Source of the DNA: Blasia pusilla
Lineage: Eukaryota
Direction: 5' to 3'
Length of the DNA stretch: 64,000 bases
Assembly: GCA_050084515.1 (NCBI GenBank)
Contig: CM114271.1
Coordinates: forward strand, 8,060,001 to 8,124,000
Shown: one piece after another, positions 1 to 14,011 of the stretch
How the letters are laid out: each line of letters starts with the position of its first letter
Numbering within the stretch: the first letter of the stretch is position 1
Made by a program: the position numbers and the translations under genes
Notes under the pieces: model-generated
Databases searched by the model: none
Seen by the model: the letters and a program-made list of their open reading frames with translations, nothing else
What the model was told of the DNA's origin: nothing

Positions 1-3000
1 TGACAAGCTGCCGCCCACGTATGATGGAAATTGTATTTTCGAGTTGCCTCCTCTTGCAGGTCCCGCTCAAAAGAAAGATGGAGGAGGCTTGAAGGGTATG
101 GACAAAAAGTCTGACTATCATCGATGGTGCAGGCTACAACGGACTAGTGCTTCAATTCCAGGTGGTGCTTGGATTGTTTCTTGCCGCCAATGCATTGGAG
201 CCCTGGACTGTAGAAGTTATGGCTACTCGTTTCTCGAGCGCAATGAGCGAGTAAATACGTCGCAATTCCCCCCAAAAAATGTAGAAACTCCATATGAGGT
301 TGGTGCGACCATAACGCCAGGAGGCCATCGATGTCCTTATTGTCAGGCCTCCCCTTTCTACATTAGAATGTGTCCAACATACACTTTTTTCATTGTGCAC
401 AACTATAATTCTACGTCTGAGTACACAAGGCTTGCACTTCATGTTGAGTCCCACACTCATCCTATTTTTGGTGCAATTCACATACACATCAAGGAGGATA
501 TGGCAAAGAAAGTGGCTGAGGTATATAGAAATTCTCCGTGATCAAAGCCCGGAGTGATCAAATTGACAACGTCACAAATTTGTGAACAATTTCTTTGAAT
601 CCTTGGCCAGGGCAAGATCACGGTTGCCGAGGAGAAAAATTGGCATTTCTCGTTGATCCCGAATGCTTCAGAAACTTGCTACGTCACATACGAGTACTTG
701 ATGAAATGGATGCCATCACCAGGATCAAGGCTAACTCCATGTTTTCATTTATTCAAAGATGGAAATTCATGGGCCAAGGAGGAAAGGGATCTAGAGCTTA
801 TATCTTAAAAATGTCTACGACAGAGCCGTCCGCTGGCCTCAATCTTCTTCATAGAATGAGGGAAGGAGAAGATCTTTATAGCAGTTGGGTAAGCTTTGAT
901 ATTTGTTACAGGGTGTTGAATGGACGGTTGACCATGGGTGCACACATTTACGACCATGTGAAGAAGGGACTCAAAACCATTTTTGTTTATGAGGTAAAAG
1001 CAGAAGACTTTGGAAGTTTGAAGATGTGCTGGTTATTCTTATTAGAGGTGGTGAAACAAAACAAAAGAGCACCTTTTGAAATTTATGGGTTCATGGCGGA
1101 CAATGCACAACCGAGATGGATTGCTATTAGAGAAGTGTTATGGGGTGGAGAAGTTCAACCAGAGAGAGAAAGGTCGGATGTTTTCCATTGGGAAGAGTCT
1201 GTGACTTGGTGCACCAAATCTTGCATCAAGGAGAATAAGAGAATAGAGCATGTTGCTCTACTCCAACGCTGCAAGGACAGAAAAACCTTAAAACAAGCCA
1301 TGGAGTGTCAAGAAGAACTTCATGGATGGTGGTGGAAGCATGCAATTGAGGGGAAATACAACGAGTTTAGTTCTTGGCTCAGTTGGTGGATCGTACGTAT
1401 GAGACAATGGGGAAACTTCATACGGCATGTGAGTTCAACATTTTCTCCTTTCTAGCTCACATGAAGAAATTGTTGAAAAAAATATGGTTGAAATCCAAGG
1501 TTGAAATCCATGAGAATGAAAGGGATTCCAAACTCTGAATCCAAGAAACCCATCGAAAATGACTGGTTGCCTTATTGTGCAACCCGTAAGAACCCGAAGA
1601 GTTGCATCACTCTGCAACCCGTTGGAAATCCGACGGGTTGCAAGTTGCAAGAAAGTATACTAAGTCAGCAAACCTCCGTTTTTCGACGAGTTGCAAGGTG
1701 TGTCTACCTACAATCCGTAAAATTCTGACAGGTTGCATCAGTTTGCAAGTCGTCAGATCCCGACGGCTTGCAAGTTCCAAGTGCGCAAGTTTACTCAGTC
1801 TGCAACTCGTCAGATTCCGACAGGTTGCATTAGTCTACAACCCGTCAGATCTTGACGGGTTGCAAGTTCCAAGTGTGCAAGTTTACTCAATTTGCAACCC
1901 CTCAGATTTTGCCAGTTTGCAAGTTTTTCCCTGTTGACACTTCTTGCAACTTGTCGAAATCCAACGGGTTCAAAGTCTGAAATTTGGTGAAAAAAATTCT
2001 TCCAATCCGTCGATCTATGAAGACTTGCACAAAGAAATTCTAGGGAAAACTTTCCTCCTAATGGCAATCCTTCGGATTTGGTTCGGTTGCAAAAGGAGGT
2101 TCCTATGTGATGCAAGCCATCGGAATCCGACGAGTTGCACATGGATTTTCCAGGGCAGACTGGCCTCCTACTTGCAACCCGTCCGATTCCGACGGATTGC
2201 AATAGGAGGTTCTTGGGTGTTGTAAACCATTGGAATGCGACGGGTTGCACATAGACATTCCTGGAATGCCTCCTACTTGCAACCCGTCCAGTTCCGACAT
2301 GTTGCAATTTTCTTCGCTTAAAGAGCTTTTTCCGTTCCCTTCTCACATTTTTGTCTCTGGAGGGATTGAACATTCATTTGCCCACTGCCCCAACACAAGT
2401 GGAGCCGAGAGTGTTCATTCCTCTTGGAGGTCATCACAAGCATGCCAAAAAATTTCACTCGTGGAGGCATGCCAACAAGACCAAGCAAGGGCGATGCTAC
2501 AATCTGCAACATCCCATATTTTCCTCATAAAGGGCATAACCAAATGAAAAGGCCCTTCAATTTACGAGCTCTATGTTAGGGCCGTTGTGAGATCAAGTGA
2601 TGAGAAATTCTATGTGGAAGCCTTCAATCGATGCGTAGTCAGAACTCCTCTCGAGCAAGATGTCCACATTGGTGGGGACATTCGTGGGTGTGTCTCAAGA
2701 TGTCCCATACAGATGGTGGTAGAGCAGTCTGAGCGAGACTCTTGGAGACCAGATAAGTATCTTGACTTCAGGCAAGTCAAGCATCAGCATCGAGGAACAA
2801 ACCCGATGATTGATTTGGATGATGAAATTACCCCGCCCAAGTATTCGGAGATACTTGATTGCTCCCAAATTCAAGTAGAAGTAACTTCTCCAAAATCAGT
2901 TAATGTTTTATTTCAAAATCCCTCTATTGCTGGAACTTCCCAACATCCAATCTCGGGGATAGTTCTATAGTATGGGATTCCAATCATTGAGGTGGATTGC

Positions 3001-3860
3001 AACCTCAAGAGGTGGCGTATATCTCGAAGCAACCCTGGACGTGGACCCACTTGTAGGGCAGGATCCGATGGCATTAGGAGAGCATGCGGCACTTTCCTGA
3101 ATAAGAACTCTACAAGGACTTGATGACCATTGCCAGGATTCTAGGGGCTAGAAACCTTTGATCATTTTACCATAACCGAGGATCAATTGAAGTACTTCTT
3201 ATGCCCAAATGAACCATGCGCTTTCCGAAAGTCTTATCCGGCTGCCATTAGAGCTCTAGGGAATATTCCCATAATTTGGCCCATTGTTGCACGTACCAAT
3301 TGCACTCAGGAGGAAGTGGACAATCTTACAAGTGTTAGATTCAGACTTGTAGACGGAGGGAGTTCAGAACATTTTAGTATTAGAGAGACCTTCGTATTTC
3401 AAATCCAACCTAAGATTGATGTCAACATGTATCCGGAGAAGGTGGATGATCTTAATCCACTATTTCTATTCGAGTCAAGAAATGGGGTGAAGAGAAATAG
3501 AATGTGTAGGCCAACAATGGAGAGAGCAAAGCGAATTGCATCAGCTCGGGAGGCAAACATGGAAATCATCGCCACAAAAGACGTTCATAGTGGCAATGGA
3601 ATAGGAAGGATATATTGGGTCAAGAACAATATTTTGAATTCAAGTATCAAAGGGATGTATGTGGTACACATCTGTTGCTTTCCCAAATATTCCTGTGATG
3701 ACTTTGTCCAAAGAGAGACAACTGGGAAAAGTATTTCCCTTATAAGCACATGTATTATGTGTTGGTTATACTTTTAAGAGAATCGGAGGTAGGAGTAGGA
3801 ATCCACCAACCAATTTTTCCCCTCAAATAAGTGCAAAGTATCCTAAACAAACCACTGTGA
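1..3860 (+). pseudogene. MULE/Mutator-type DDE transposase with C-terminal SWIM finger, degenerate; intron ~1429-2362
   Basis: ORF fragments contain WVSFDICYRV (D1), GFMADNA (D2), DVFHW, PNTSGAESVHSSW (E) and a decayed SWIM (YSCDDF...). Several in-frame stops. GTGAGT donor at 1429, AG acceptor at 2361-2362. Confidence 0.8.
1550..2307. repeat. Intronic array of ~15 degenerate 29-bp palindromes (TGCAACCCGTCGGANTCCGACGGGTTGCA)
   Basis: Examples: tgcaacccgttggaaatccgacgggttgca (~1613), tgcaactcgtcagattccgacaggttgca (1801), tgcaacccgtccgattccgacggattgca (~2173). Confidence 0.9.
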
Positions 3861-5599
3861 GGATGCAACATGAGGTCTTAGATTGTACTTTGAAGTGCCA
3901 TAATGTTCACTATGAGCTTGAACTCTAATCAACTGACGAAAAATGATGAATCTTTTTCACACCTTGGATGGAGAAAGTGATTTATTCCACATTTGTGATT
4001 CCAATGATTTTCAAAAAAAAATCTTTGTGCAAGTTGCAATCCGTCGGATTTAGACGGTTTGCCAAAATATGGAAGAGGAAAAACCAATCTATGGGAGTGA
4101 CTAAGCACGGAGAAAAAAATCAAAAAAAGGTTCAGAATAAAATCTTCCTCTCTTCAACCTAATGGAAACTCTCTTAAAAAAAAGTATCTCTTTGGGTTGA
4201 TGGTAGTTTCCTCTCTCCTCTCTCATCTCTTTCTCTCTTCCTCTCTTCCTCCCCTCTTACCGCGCCTTGCCTCTTCACTGGAGGTTCGCGAGTGAGTATT
4301 GAGCTATGTGTTATCTTTTTCCTTCAACGTTTGATTTATTTTCATACAAGTAGCACCATAGTAAAGAGTATAAGCATATATTTATAGGAAATATGTTGAG
4401 CATTTATTGCCCACAATTGATTTCAGATGAGTGTTGAGTCCAGCATAAGCACCCAACTTCTGAAGGTAGAGAATAAGTGGAGTGAAGATATGGAAGTCAT
4501 CAAGGGTGATCTTGAGCAAAAATTGGAGAGGAACCAACTTCTTTTGGAGAAGAAGATGACCCTGGACCAATCCTTGATAGAGGAGAAGTTGGAGAAGAAC
4601 CAAGAAGAATAGAAAGAGGCCTTCTCCATACTTGTTGAAATGATCAACAAGCTTTCATAGAACAAGAGGCATAAAGTGCATACATCTGGTCCATCTAGGG
4701 GGCATACTATGAGTCAGCAAGAAGGTAAGAGCTCACTCTTGAGCTATTTTGTTTTGAAACATTTGGTGATTAGATTACCTATAAATTCATGACCCTTCCT
4801 TTTAAATCGTATGGCAGGCCTTGCTGGTGTTGACGATACGCATGCAAGTCTTGGAGCAAAGGTTGTGGGTGTTGACAAGGAGGTATCAAGGGAGTTGCAT
4901 GGGCAAAGCCATATCACTTAGGCTAGTAAGTGTTGAGTTCAAAATGTTTCCTTTGGTTGATTAAATGTGCATGATCCTTCGTAGCCTAGATTTATCGTGT
5001 TTCTTATAAACAATGTTTTTGTATGATAGACAACAAGGGAAATGAAGTGAAATCCTCTCCGCCCTATGGTAAATGTAGACCAACAACCCTCTCGGATGTG
5101 GTTCTCTTTCCATTTTTTTGGTTGTCTTTTTTTTTCTATCAATTTTGTACAATGAATGCTTTTTGTTGTGCATGATATATAGGGCTCCATTAGTATAGCT
5201 ATATATTAGTCAGATGGTATCATTTACATTTAACAGAACAAATGAGGTTTTCATTTACTTTAGATTGCTCTCTGATACTATATGCAAATTTGATTGTTGT
5301 GGAGAACCAATCTTCTATAAAAAAAAGACGTGTTGCAAGAGTGCAATCTGAAGCCATTCAAGCAGCAAGTAGCGAACACGAGAGTGATGTCTAGCCAGGG
5401 AGCAACAAGAAACACATTGGGAAGGTATATACACTTAGAAAAAACACATTTCTGGTTGGCATAATAAGAACTTGGTTTATGTGCTATTGTATTATAACTA
5501 AGAGAATAAAAACTAATAATAATTTGGAGTGTTTGTTTAGTAGTTGTCTGTACATTTATCTCCTTAATGACTCATCCTTGTATCTTGGGTTTGTAGATT

Positions 5600-5851
5600 T
5601 GTGTAGGAGATGAGATTCAACTCACCAAGCCCGAGCTCAACAAGAAAATTATGGATATTAGTGTTGTATCGGGTTTGAGTGGACAAGACAAATTTCATGG
5701 GAATGACATCCCATTTGGGTTGGTGCGAGTGGATATGAAGTTTTTCCAACTCGCGTTCTTGGATCATAAGTTATGGCAGCCAAACGAGGCTGACATGCCA
5801 CCCCAATATACCTTGGGTGACTTTCTTGGAAGTGCACTACTTTGGCCTTAA
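5600..5851 (+). pseudogene. CACTA TnpA-like (Tnp1/EnSpm-type) C-terminal exon
   Basis: KFHGNDIPFGLVRVDM...QPNEAD...YTLGDFLGSALLWP fits the HG..(I/L)P.G..RV.V...P...TL.D..G..(I/L)LWP pattern of EnSpm accessory proteins. Coiled-coil fragment upstream at 4427-4612. Confidence 0.55.
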
Positions 5852-6327
5852 GTAAATTTGAAGAAATCATAGGCTAGTATTAGAAATTCACACCTCTATG
5901 TATAAGTGTAGAAGTTAATTACACTACCACATGTTCTATTGTTATCTCTATGTAATCTTTGACCTATCAAAAAGCTCACCATTGATTACATGTGGTAATT
6001 TTGTGCTTATATGAAAATACTCAACTTTCTTCTTGTTTTGATTAAGCAATGTTAGTACAGACTCATATCATATATTCATTTCAGTGCATTCTAACAATGG
6101 ATAGGAGTTTCTGATCTAAAATATCAACCTCTTTCCTTTGTTTTGCTTATTTTATCAATGTATTTTGAGAGTGAAAGAAAATGTTACACTATGTAGGGGA
6201 GGGAACCATTGCCTTCTTGCATGACACCTACTATTATCAACCATCTGATCATTGAAAAAAACTTATTCAATGACTAAAATATTTCACATGAGGTGCAATC
6301 CAATCACATCCAACAAAAATGCATCCA

Positions 6328-7203
6328 TAGTCATATTAATGAATCATATGGTCATAGAAAGGTAACCTACATTCATATAAGCTTGTCATACATATTATAT
6401 TAGTCATATTGACAAAATAAACAGTCATATCAAGAGGTAAAACTCTAGTCATAAACAAATATGTAGTCATTTATTAAAGTCATGTCAAACCAGCATCTAG
6501 TCATGTTTAGAATAATCAGAAGTCATTTAAAAGTCATGTTCCTAGTCATATTCATCTATCCTAATTATATTAGTGTAACCCAGAGTCATATACTCCTGGC
6601 ATATGTATCACGCCAGTCATATTGCCAAAACAAGCAATTATAAACAATAATAATTATAGTCATAAAGAATATGTAGTCATTTACAAGAAGCATATGTTTG
6701 GGGTCCTAGTCATATTAACCAAGCATGCAATTATTTTAAGAAGATGGACTTGAATCATATAAACACACAAATCTTCGATGAGAGTGTCATGTATAACCAT
6801 TCATAGTTATTTTGACAAAAAAGGGATCAATATGACTAAGACACATTTTTAAGCTCATTCATACAGATGAAAATACAATCATTATTTTAAAATTCTTGGA
6901 TCAATATGAATCGTGATTTATCTTATGAATTATTAACACGTTTCATGATCTAAGTCGCCAGACACGCCATCGTGCCACGTCATATGCTGACGTGATGATC
7001 ATATTATACGACTACGATTTTTTATTATTACCCGATGTGGTGATGTGTCACTCATTTAAATACATGACTAGGCCTTTCATCCCAAAATGACTATAGTGAT
7101 GGTATGATAGATGACTAGGCTTTTATGACTCCATAAGTCACCAGTCATTTCTAGTCATTTTAACACATATATGACTCGGGTGAGTCATATGAGTCAATCA
7201 TAA
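6328..7203. repeat. CACTA-type subterminal short repeats (AGTCATA / TATGACT)
   Basis: Many copies of (T)AGTCAT(A) and its reverse complement immediately inside the 7224 terminus. Confidence 0.7.
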
Positions 7204-7563
7204 AACTCATATTTTCTTCAAGTGTACACGGGGCTCACCGTGTAGTCCCATGTCACCTTGATATTGATGAAGAGTCATGGGAAAAATTAGTAGATTATGA
7301 CTCTTTGAGGAGGGCAAGACGAAGGCAAGAAAGATGGCTCGAGCAAGGGCCGAGGTCCAAACTTTTAATTACACCGGACGTTAAGGTCTAGATGGACTTG
7401 ATGTTAAGTCACCTTGGCATATCCAGAGTTTTTATGTTCAATTTTATTTATGATGGAAAAAATAGATTTTAGACTCAAGTTGCTTACTCTTTTAAGATTT
7501 ATAAGAATGGACATTACACCTAAAATTTGAAATTAAATCTATTTTGAAATTTTAAATATAATT

Positions 7564-8243
7564 TTAAAAAAATATCATTGACATGTGTTTATAAGCCATT
7601 CTATTGAGGAAACTGTGGATGGCACGAGCAACATCTACATTATTATGGGAGAATGCCTTCATGATTTGCAAATATCTCACCTCTCGGTTTGACACGTGGC
7701 AACTCGGCAGCAAGAAAATGTGTCTCCTTATGCAAGCAGCGATAAAAAATATCTTATCCCTTCCCTTCACAAATTATATGCTAACAAAATTTTTCAAACA
7801 TTTTTTATTTCCGTGCATCGCACGGGCACCTTACTAGGTAATGACACGTAGTTATTTTTTTAGTCTTAGCCTTACGACACGTGGAGGGCCGACATGTGAG
7901 GGGGGGAGGGGTATTAAGTAGTGAGGCTCTAGGGGTAGGGAGGGGGCATTCAAGTAATGAATTTATTTGAATTTTATTATTTAAACCACACTAGATGGGT
8001 AGAAATATTTCAAGTAGAAAAAATCATAAGGATTTGAATAAAATAGAAATTTATTTTATTAAGTATTAATAAAATACACGTGGCAACTAGGTAGCAAGAA
8101 AATGTATCTCCTTATGCAAGCAACATTAAAAAAAGATTTGAATTTGTGTGTTGCATCATTAATCCCTTCCCTTCACAAACTATACACTAACAAAAATTTT
8201 CAAACACTTTTTATTCCTGTGCATCGCATGGGCACCTTATTAA
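7564..8243 (+). mobile_element. Two tandem non-autonomous Helitron 3' ends
   Basis: Hairpin CCGTGCATCGCACGG followed by GCACCTTACTAG (7811-7837). Decayed second copy CCTGTGCATCGCATGGGCACCTTATTAA (~8216-8243). Upstream ~140 bp duplicated (7691-7837 vs 8077-8243). The 5' boundary is approximate. Confidence 0.7.
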
Positions 8244-10103
8244 TTTTGATAGTTACAAATACAAGGCTCTGATTCTTGTAATGGAGGTCAATGACAATTG
8301 CATGTGCTCCATTTGCAACTCGACTTTTATTATCTATGCTAGATGTCAACATTACAATACAACCAATGGCAACAAAGGGCAGTTGGTGGAAATCCTCATC
8401 TTCAATCCATGAATTGTATTCTTGCAATGAAGGAGAATCTGTTGTAATCTAAAGTGGAATGATAGATGTATCACCGAAAAATCTTCTTGGGCAAAAAATA
8501 TTGAAAATATCAACATCAGAAGGATGTGTGAAGAAGATAATTGTACCTTGTGTAATGAAATCCATGTTATTATCCTATATGAGAAAGCAACGTATATGTA
8601 ATGGGTGATTTCATCGAAACTTGGTAACTTCAATCTAATAATGTTAAGGAAACTCAGGTAGCGTGGATCTTCTGTGTGTTTGACTAGTGTTGTGAGCTGA
8701 AACTTAGTAGCATTGTCTATAAGTGGTAAAGATAAGAAATGATAGGTCGTGTAGATTTTTTTTGTGGCATGCTTACAAAATGGAGGTAGTTGGGCCATAC
8801 CTCCAACTAGTATGAGCATCTTATTGGAAAAAGGAGTGGGGGAATATGATGATGATGTCTAGTTCAAGCGTATGGATACTATTTGCAACAATCGTGGAGT
8901 TAGCATTAAGCAATCATCAATTACTATGATGGTTGCATCTTTGAGCCTTATGCTTGCCTCACATGTTGGATGTATATCAGGTATGTTACCGCACATTGGA
9001 ATACATAATGCAAAATGAACAATTGTAGCATGTACGTGTAAGCGGACAACTACAATTCCTCTAGTCGTAATTAAAAAGTTACTTTTAACCTAAAGAATTT
9101 CAATGCTTGCACATGAAATTTATGAAGTATGTTTTTTCAGACCCTAGAGAACGTGTCAACATGATAATGCTTGAGTGAATGTCTTTGATTTTATAGAAGA
9201 GCTCTTGTTGTTCAAAATTCACAAGCCTTAATTCTGGTCTGAATTCTTCATGAACCTGGAGTGCTTGAGTAGGGAATGAATGGGCTTCTCCTTGATTCAT
9301 TAGGCTATGGATATCAAGTTGAAGGTGTGGGTTGAGGATTTATAATGTTTTAGAGAGAATTCAACAATTTGTATTTTACTCCATAAGTGCTAACTAGCAT
9401 GGTTGGTTCTCAAATTCTCCATAGAGTCAAGGCCTGAAATAGTATTGCGTAGCAAACACTTATGAAGACAAGTCCACTGCAATGATTTAGAATTCATGAA
9501 CATGTATTCATATCTGAAGTAGATGGTGTAAAGGAGGACAACATAGAAAATTTTCATTCCATTGTTGGAGTGGATGAATCTCTATAAACTTGATATTTGT
9601 TTGAAGAGCATACAATGTTGCCCGATGAATCAACATCAACAATGGAATGTTGAAACTTATTTGGTGAAGTCTCGTAAATTTGATATTTAATCTAATAATA
9701 TGTGAATGTAAGTGTTTCAAGAGAAAGTGGTATGGCGTAGTAATGTTCACTCGGATGTATACAGGGAACTAACGCATTCTTGTATAGAGATATTTGGCGT
9801 GATGTGGACTAAAGTCAATGTACTAAAAATTTGGGATATGAAAACTATTTTTTTCAGCATGGATGATAATGAAGCTTCCGCAAAACAGGTAGAAAGATTA
9901 AGAACAACACCCGATATTAGTTTGAGTCAAACATCATTTAAGCTATCATGACCTAAGCAACGAGATGACTTAGTGTCTATATCTAGAGAGCTTGTTGGTT
10001 TTGATTTTAAGACATAATTGATGAGATAGAACGAACAGGTTGGGTTTGTTACCTCTTGGATATTCATATAATCCTCCAATAAAATAGTAATGCTAGATGA
10101 TGG

Positions 10104-13024
10104 TGTAATGTAAAACTCAAGGAAAAAGGTTCTCCCTTAATCGCAAAGTATTAAGTTCGTTCCCAAGACAACACTGTTTCTTGAGAAAAAAGAGGTTTTG
10201 TACAAAATATAAAGAATAACTCCTTCTTCACCAAGTACTTCAATAACTTCAAGGGTTACATCTTGTAATGTACAAATCAAGGAAAAAGATACTCTTTCTA
10301 TTGCAAAGTACTAAGTTCGTTCCCAAGAGACCACTATTTCCCGAGTAAGGAGAGGTTTTATAAAAATTAATAAGAATAACTACTTTTTCACTAACTTTAC
10401 TGACTAACTACAACTACACTATCTTAACAAGTACAAAAGAATAAAAGGATTTTCTTCCCTCTTGGAAAAGACTCTTCTCAAGTGCACACGAAGACTCTTT
10501 CAATTTTAGAATAACAAAGTTCCAACGAAGACCTCAAGAATGAGCGGCTCATCCTACTTTGAAAACTGAATCTATTACGGCAGGTTGCTCACTGTCTAAC
10601 AGCTTTCCTACGCTCTTCCTAATTATCTTATGGAATTCCAAAATCACAAGAATCAACTCTCATTCCTATTGCAACCCAATAAGATTTCACACCCAACTCC
10701 GCACATCAGAAAGCATGAGGGAAGACACTTCTACTGCATCAAAGAGTGGAAAGAACTAGAAAGTATTGCAAGCTTCTGAAAGTACAAGACTCTTCGGCTT
10801 GGATCATCCCCAAAGAACTCCTTACACAACCCACCAAGACTACTGGGAAACTCCAGATATAAGGAAATGACTTTCACCCACAATATTGGAAAATTCAAGA
10901 CACAAGGGAATGATCCCTTCTTCTTCTGCTCTATTCTTTAAATAATCTCTTACAATTCTTGATTGATCTTCCTATTCTACTCTAGATTTCTAACTGCTAA
11001 TCCTAACCTTCTTTGTTCCAATTCTCCAATCCTCTATCTTCCTACCGTGGTTGTTTTCCTTGGTGATTCATTTTTTCTCCCTTTTAAACCGTTGCGCCTC
11101 TTCATTTCCTACTTCCGAAACCGTCGCGACGGTTCGGTCTTCATAATCTTTGCGCTCTTCGTTGTCCTATCTTCGTGAAGACTCTTTTTCCTTCTGTCGC
11201 CGCGAAGAGTCCTCCTTGCGATTTCCTTTCAATTTGCTTTCTCCAAATATTCTTTCTAGGTCCTATTTTTTTATACACCTTTCCGCTTTTTGTGAAGATT
11301 CTTTGATTTCTCTTCTTCTTCTTCCTCTTCCTTCTTAGAGTTCTTAGTCTTCGTTCTTGGGTCTTCAATCTTAGTTCTTTGTATCCAGTCTTCGCACAGA
11401 CTATCTTCACTCTTCTCTTGCAAAGAATCTTTTTCCAGTCTTCACCCCTATTCCTCCTGCGGTCTTCCTTGCAAAGTACTCGCGCTTCTTATTCTAACTT
11501 CTTTTTCCATCTTCACCTAATTTTACATAATTCTCTCTCTTCCAAGACAATCCTTAATCTCCTACTATCTCTTGTCCTTTCATCAGAGTTATGTCAGTCA
11601 ATGTTTTTACACAATTTTGGTAAAGTATGCATCTTTACTTTTGGTATTGAGTCTTTAGTCTTTACGCAAGGAAGACTTCTGTACAAAAGATGCTCTTTCT
11701 GTCAAAATTTTAAAAATGTGGGCACTACACATCTTCACTGGTATAAAAGATTAAAATAGTTATCTTCCCTCCAGAAGAAACTCTTCTCAAGTGCAGAGAA
11801 AGAATCGAGTGAATCTTGGATATCAACGTTTAAACAAGGATCTTAAAGAGACCTCAAGAAGGTTGCGGCTCACCCTACTTTCAGAATTGAATATGTCATG
11901 GTAGGTTACTCACTGTCTAACAGCTTTCCTATGCTCTTCTTGATTATCCTCTGAAAATTTGTAATCAAATACTCCCTACCCATCCCTACAGCAACCCAAT
12001 AAGATTGACACTTAACTCCGCACATCAGAAAGAAAGAATGAGGACCCTTTTCCCGCATCAAAGAGTGGAGGAAACTAGATAGTATTACGAGCTTTAGAGG
12101 GTACAAGACTCTTTGGCTCAAATCATCCCTAAAGAACTTCTTCACACAATCATCAAAAGTACTGTTAACTCAAGACACAAGGGAATAACCCCGTGCTCTT
12201 CTGCTTTACCCTTTAAATAGTCTCTTTACAATTCGTGGCTGATCTTTCTACTTCCTTTTAGATTTATAATTGTCAATCCCACAGTTCAGATCTTCCAACT
12301 CTTCCTTGTCTTTAAGTTGGTTGATGTCTCTTCCGCTTCCAATTGAACCGTGCGTCCTTCCATTTCTAATCTTCCGGAACCCCCGTGTCATTTCACTATC
12401 TACAGTCTTCGCTGGATGCATAGTACTCCTATCCTATCTTCACGAAACACTATATTACTTTTTCGGACATCGCGAAGAAGTCCTCCTTGCAACTTTCCTT
12501 CCTTCCGATTTCTACAAAAACATTATTCCTCTTCTTATTCCTACTCTTCATTCGTCTTTCCGCTTTGTGAAGACTCTCTGATTCCTTCTTCTTCTTTCTT
12601 CTGCTTTTTTGCGTTCTTAGTCTTTGCTCTTTGGTCTTCGTTCTTTGTTCACAGTATTTGCACAAAGACTCCCTTGGAACTTCTGCTGCAAAGAAGAAGT
12701 CCTTACCAGTCTTCGATTACCATTATTTCACTATCTTTCCGTACTGCGGTCTTTGCTACGAAGCACCCGCGCCTCATACTCTTACTTCTTCTTTCATTCT
12801 TCTTTCTTATTCTTATATCCTTCTCACTCCTCCAAGACAGTCCTCAATTTCTCACTCTCTCTTGTCCTTTCAACGGAGCTCTTCCATTCCATGCTTCCAC
12901 AATTTTTGTAAAGTATACCTCTTTACTTCCAATCTTGAGCCTTTAGTCTTTAATCAATGAAGACTTCACTACAATTTTGTACAAAAATGATCTTTCTATG
13001 AAAATTTCAAAAATGTGGGTACCA
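10104..13024. mobile_element. Solo LTR, family C (outer copy; contains a nested copy)
   Basis: TGTAATG...TACCA ends. Flanks GATGG (10099-10103) and GATAG (13025-13029) form a TSD with one mismatch. Homologous to 10264-11729. Confidence 0.7.
10264..11729. mobile_element. Solo LTR, family C, nested in another family C LTR
   Basis: TGTAATG...CACTACA ends with a perfect 5-bp TSD CATCT (10259-10263, 11730-11734). Confidence 0.85.
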
Positions 13025-14011
13025 GATAGTAAGGAATGACATTGTGGTGGTTGTGGGAAGGTCCAAAGTACGTCCATTGCATGAAATGTGGGTCAATATA
13101 TGAAATAGTATTTAAATTTACATCAACAAGAAATCCAAGATGGCATTAGGAACATTGTTCAGGGTTTTTCCCAACAATATAGATCCCTTTCTTGCACCTA
13201 TGTAGTTATTTGGTTGTCACAAATTCATGTAGCATATAGTCACATGAATGTGGCTTAGTGTTTGTTGAAGTGTGGTCTGTTTTGGGAGGATGAGGAATAT
13301 GAGTGCATATCTTTGAAGTTACTCTATCAATGTCATCCTGGTGTAGCGAGAATATTATATGGGAATGCAAACTGCCCCTACCTTGTGGCTCATACCTTAT
13401 GATGTAGTCAAGAATAAAACCCAATACTTGGGGCCCAAAGAAGATATATTATACAAGGAAAGCATGAAGTTTTGTATGGAACAGTTGGGCACACTTTGAA
13501 GGAACATCACTCCAAGTAAATTTGTGGAGAATATCCTCTATGTGGGCAATCTCAAGCCACCTTGTGGATGAAACTTCATCTGATGTGAGGGTGAGGAAAA
13601 AGTGTGACATTCCCCATTTGTGGACCATGGCCTTTAGATCTTTCAAATGTATTTTATACTACCTAGGGCACCCGAGTATTTGTGGACTAAGTGAGTGTTT
13701 CGACAATTGGTGATCTAGGTATTCTTCGCCAAGATTTGGTTTTTCTTTCCTTAGCCTATCAAGGTCTTTATTAAGGATGAAGGATTGGGAAGTGAAACAA
13801 AGTGATATAGACTATCGTAATTAGTACATAACCAAAATCTAAAGTTTTATAAGGAAAATGGGTTGAATAATTGTTAGGATCTCACATGCATGTAATCTCA
13901 AAAAGAGCGTGCACTTGGAAAGAAAGCGGGTAAACATGGGAATAGAAATGCAAATAGTCTAGTTTCTATAGTGAGTCTTTTGCTCATGGTGGCTCCTATA
14001 GAATTTATTAA

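Larger units (their letters stand above)
1..4262 (+). mobile_element. MULE-like DNA transposon, copy 1 (right part only; runs off the window start)
   Basis: Colinear with 54520-58264. Ends in the same CT-rich terminus ...CTCTTCCTCTCTTCCTC(C/T)CCTCTTACCG, after which the two copies diverge. Confidence 0.85.
4263..7224 (+). mobile_element. 3' remnant of a CACTA/EnSpm-like element, interrupted on the left by MULE copy 1
   Basis: TnpA-like exon at ~5600-5851, dense AGTCATA/TATGACT subterminal repeats, and a terminus TTTTCTTCAAGTG resembling CACTA-type ...TTTTCTTGTAGTG ends. Confidence 0.6.

Noticed and set aside
10963-12960. Phe/Leu/Ser-rich ORFs resembling membrane proteins
   Set aside because: Low-complexity CT-rich LTR sequence; the reading frames are not conserved between the two LTR copies.
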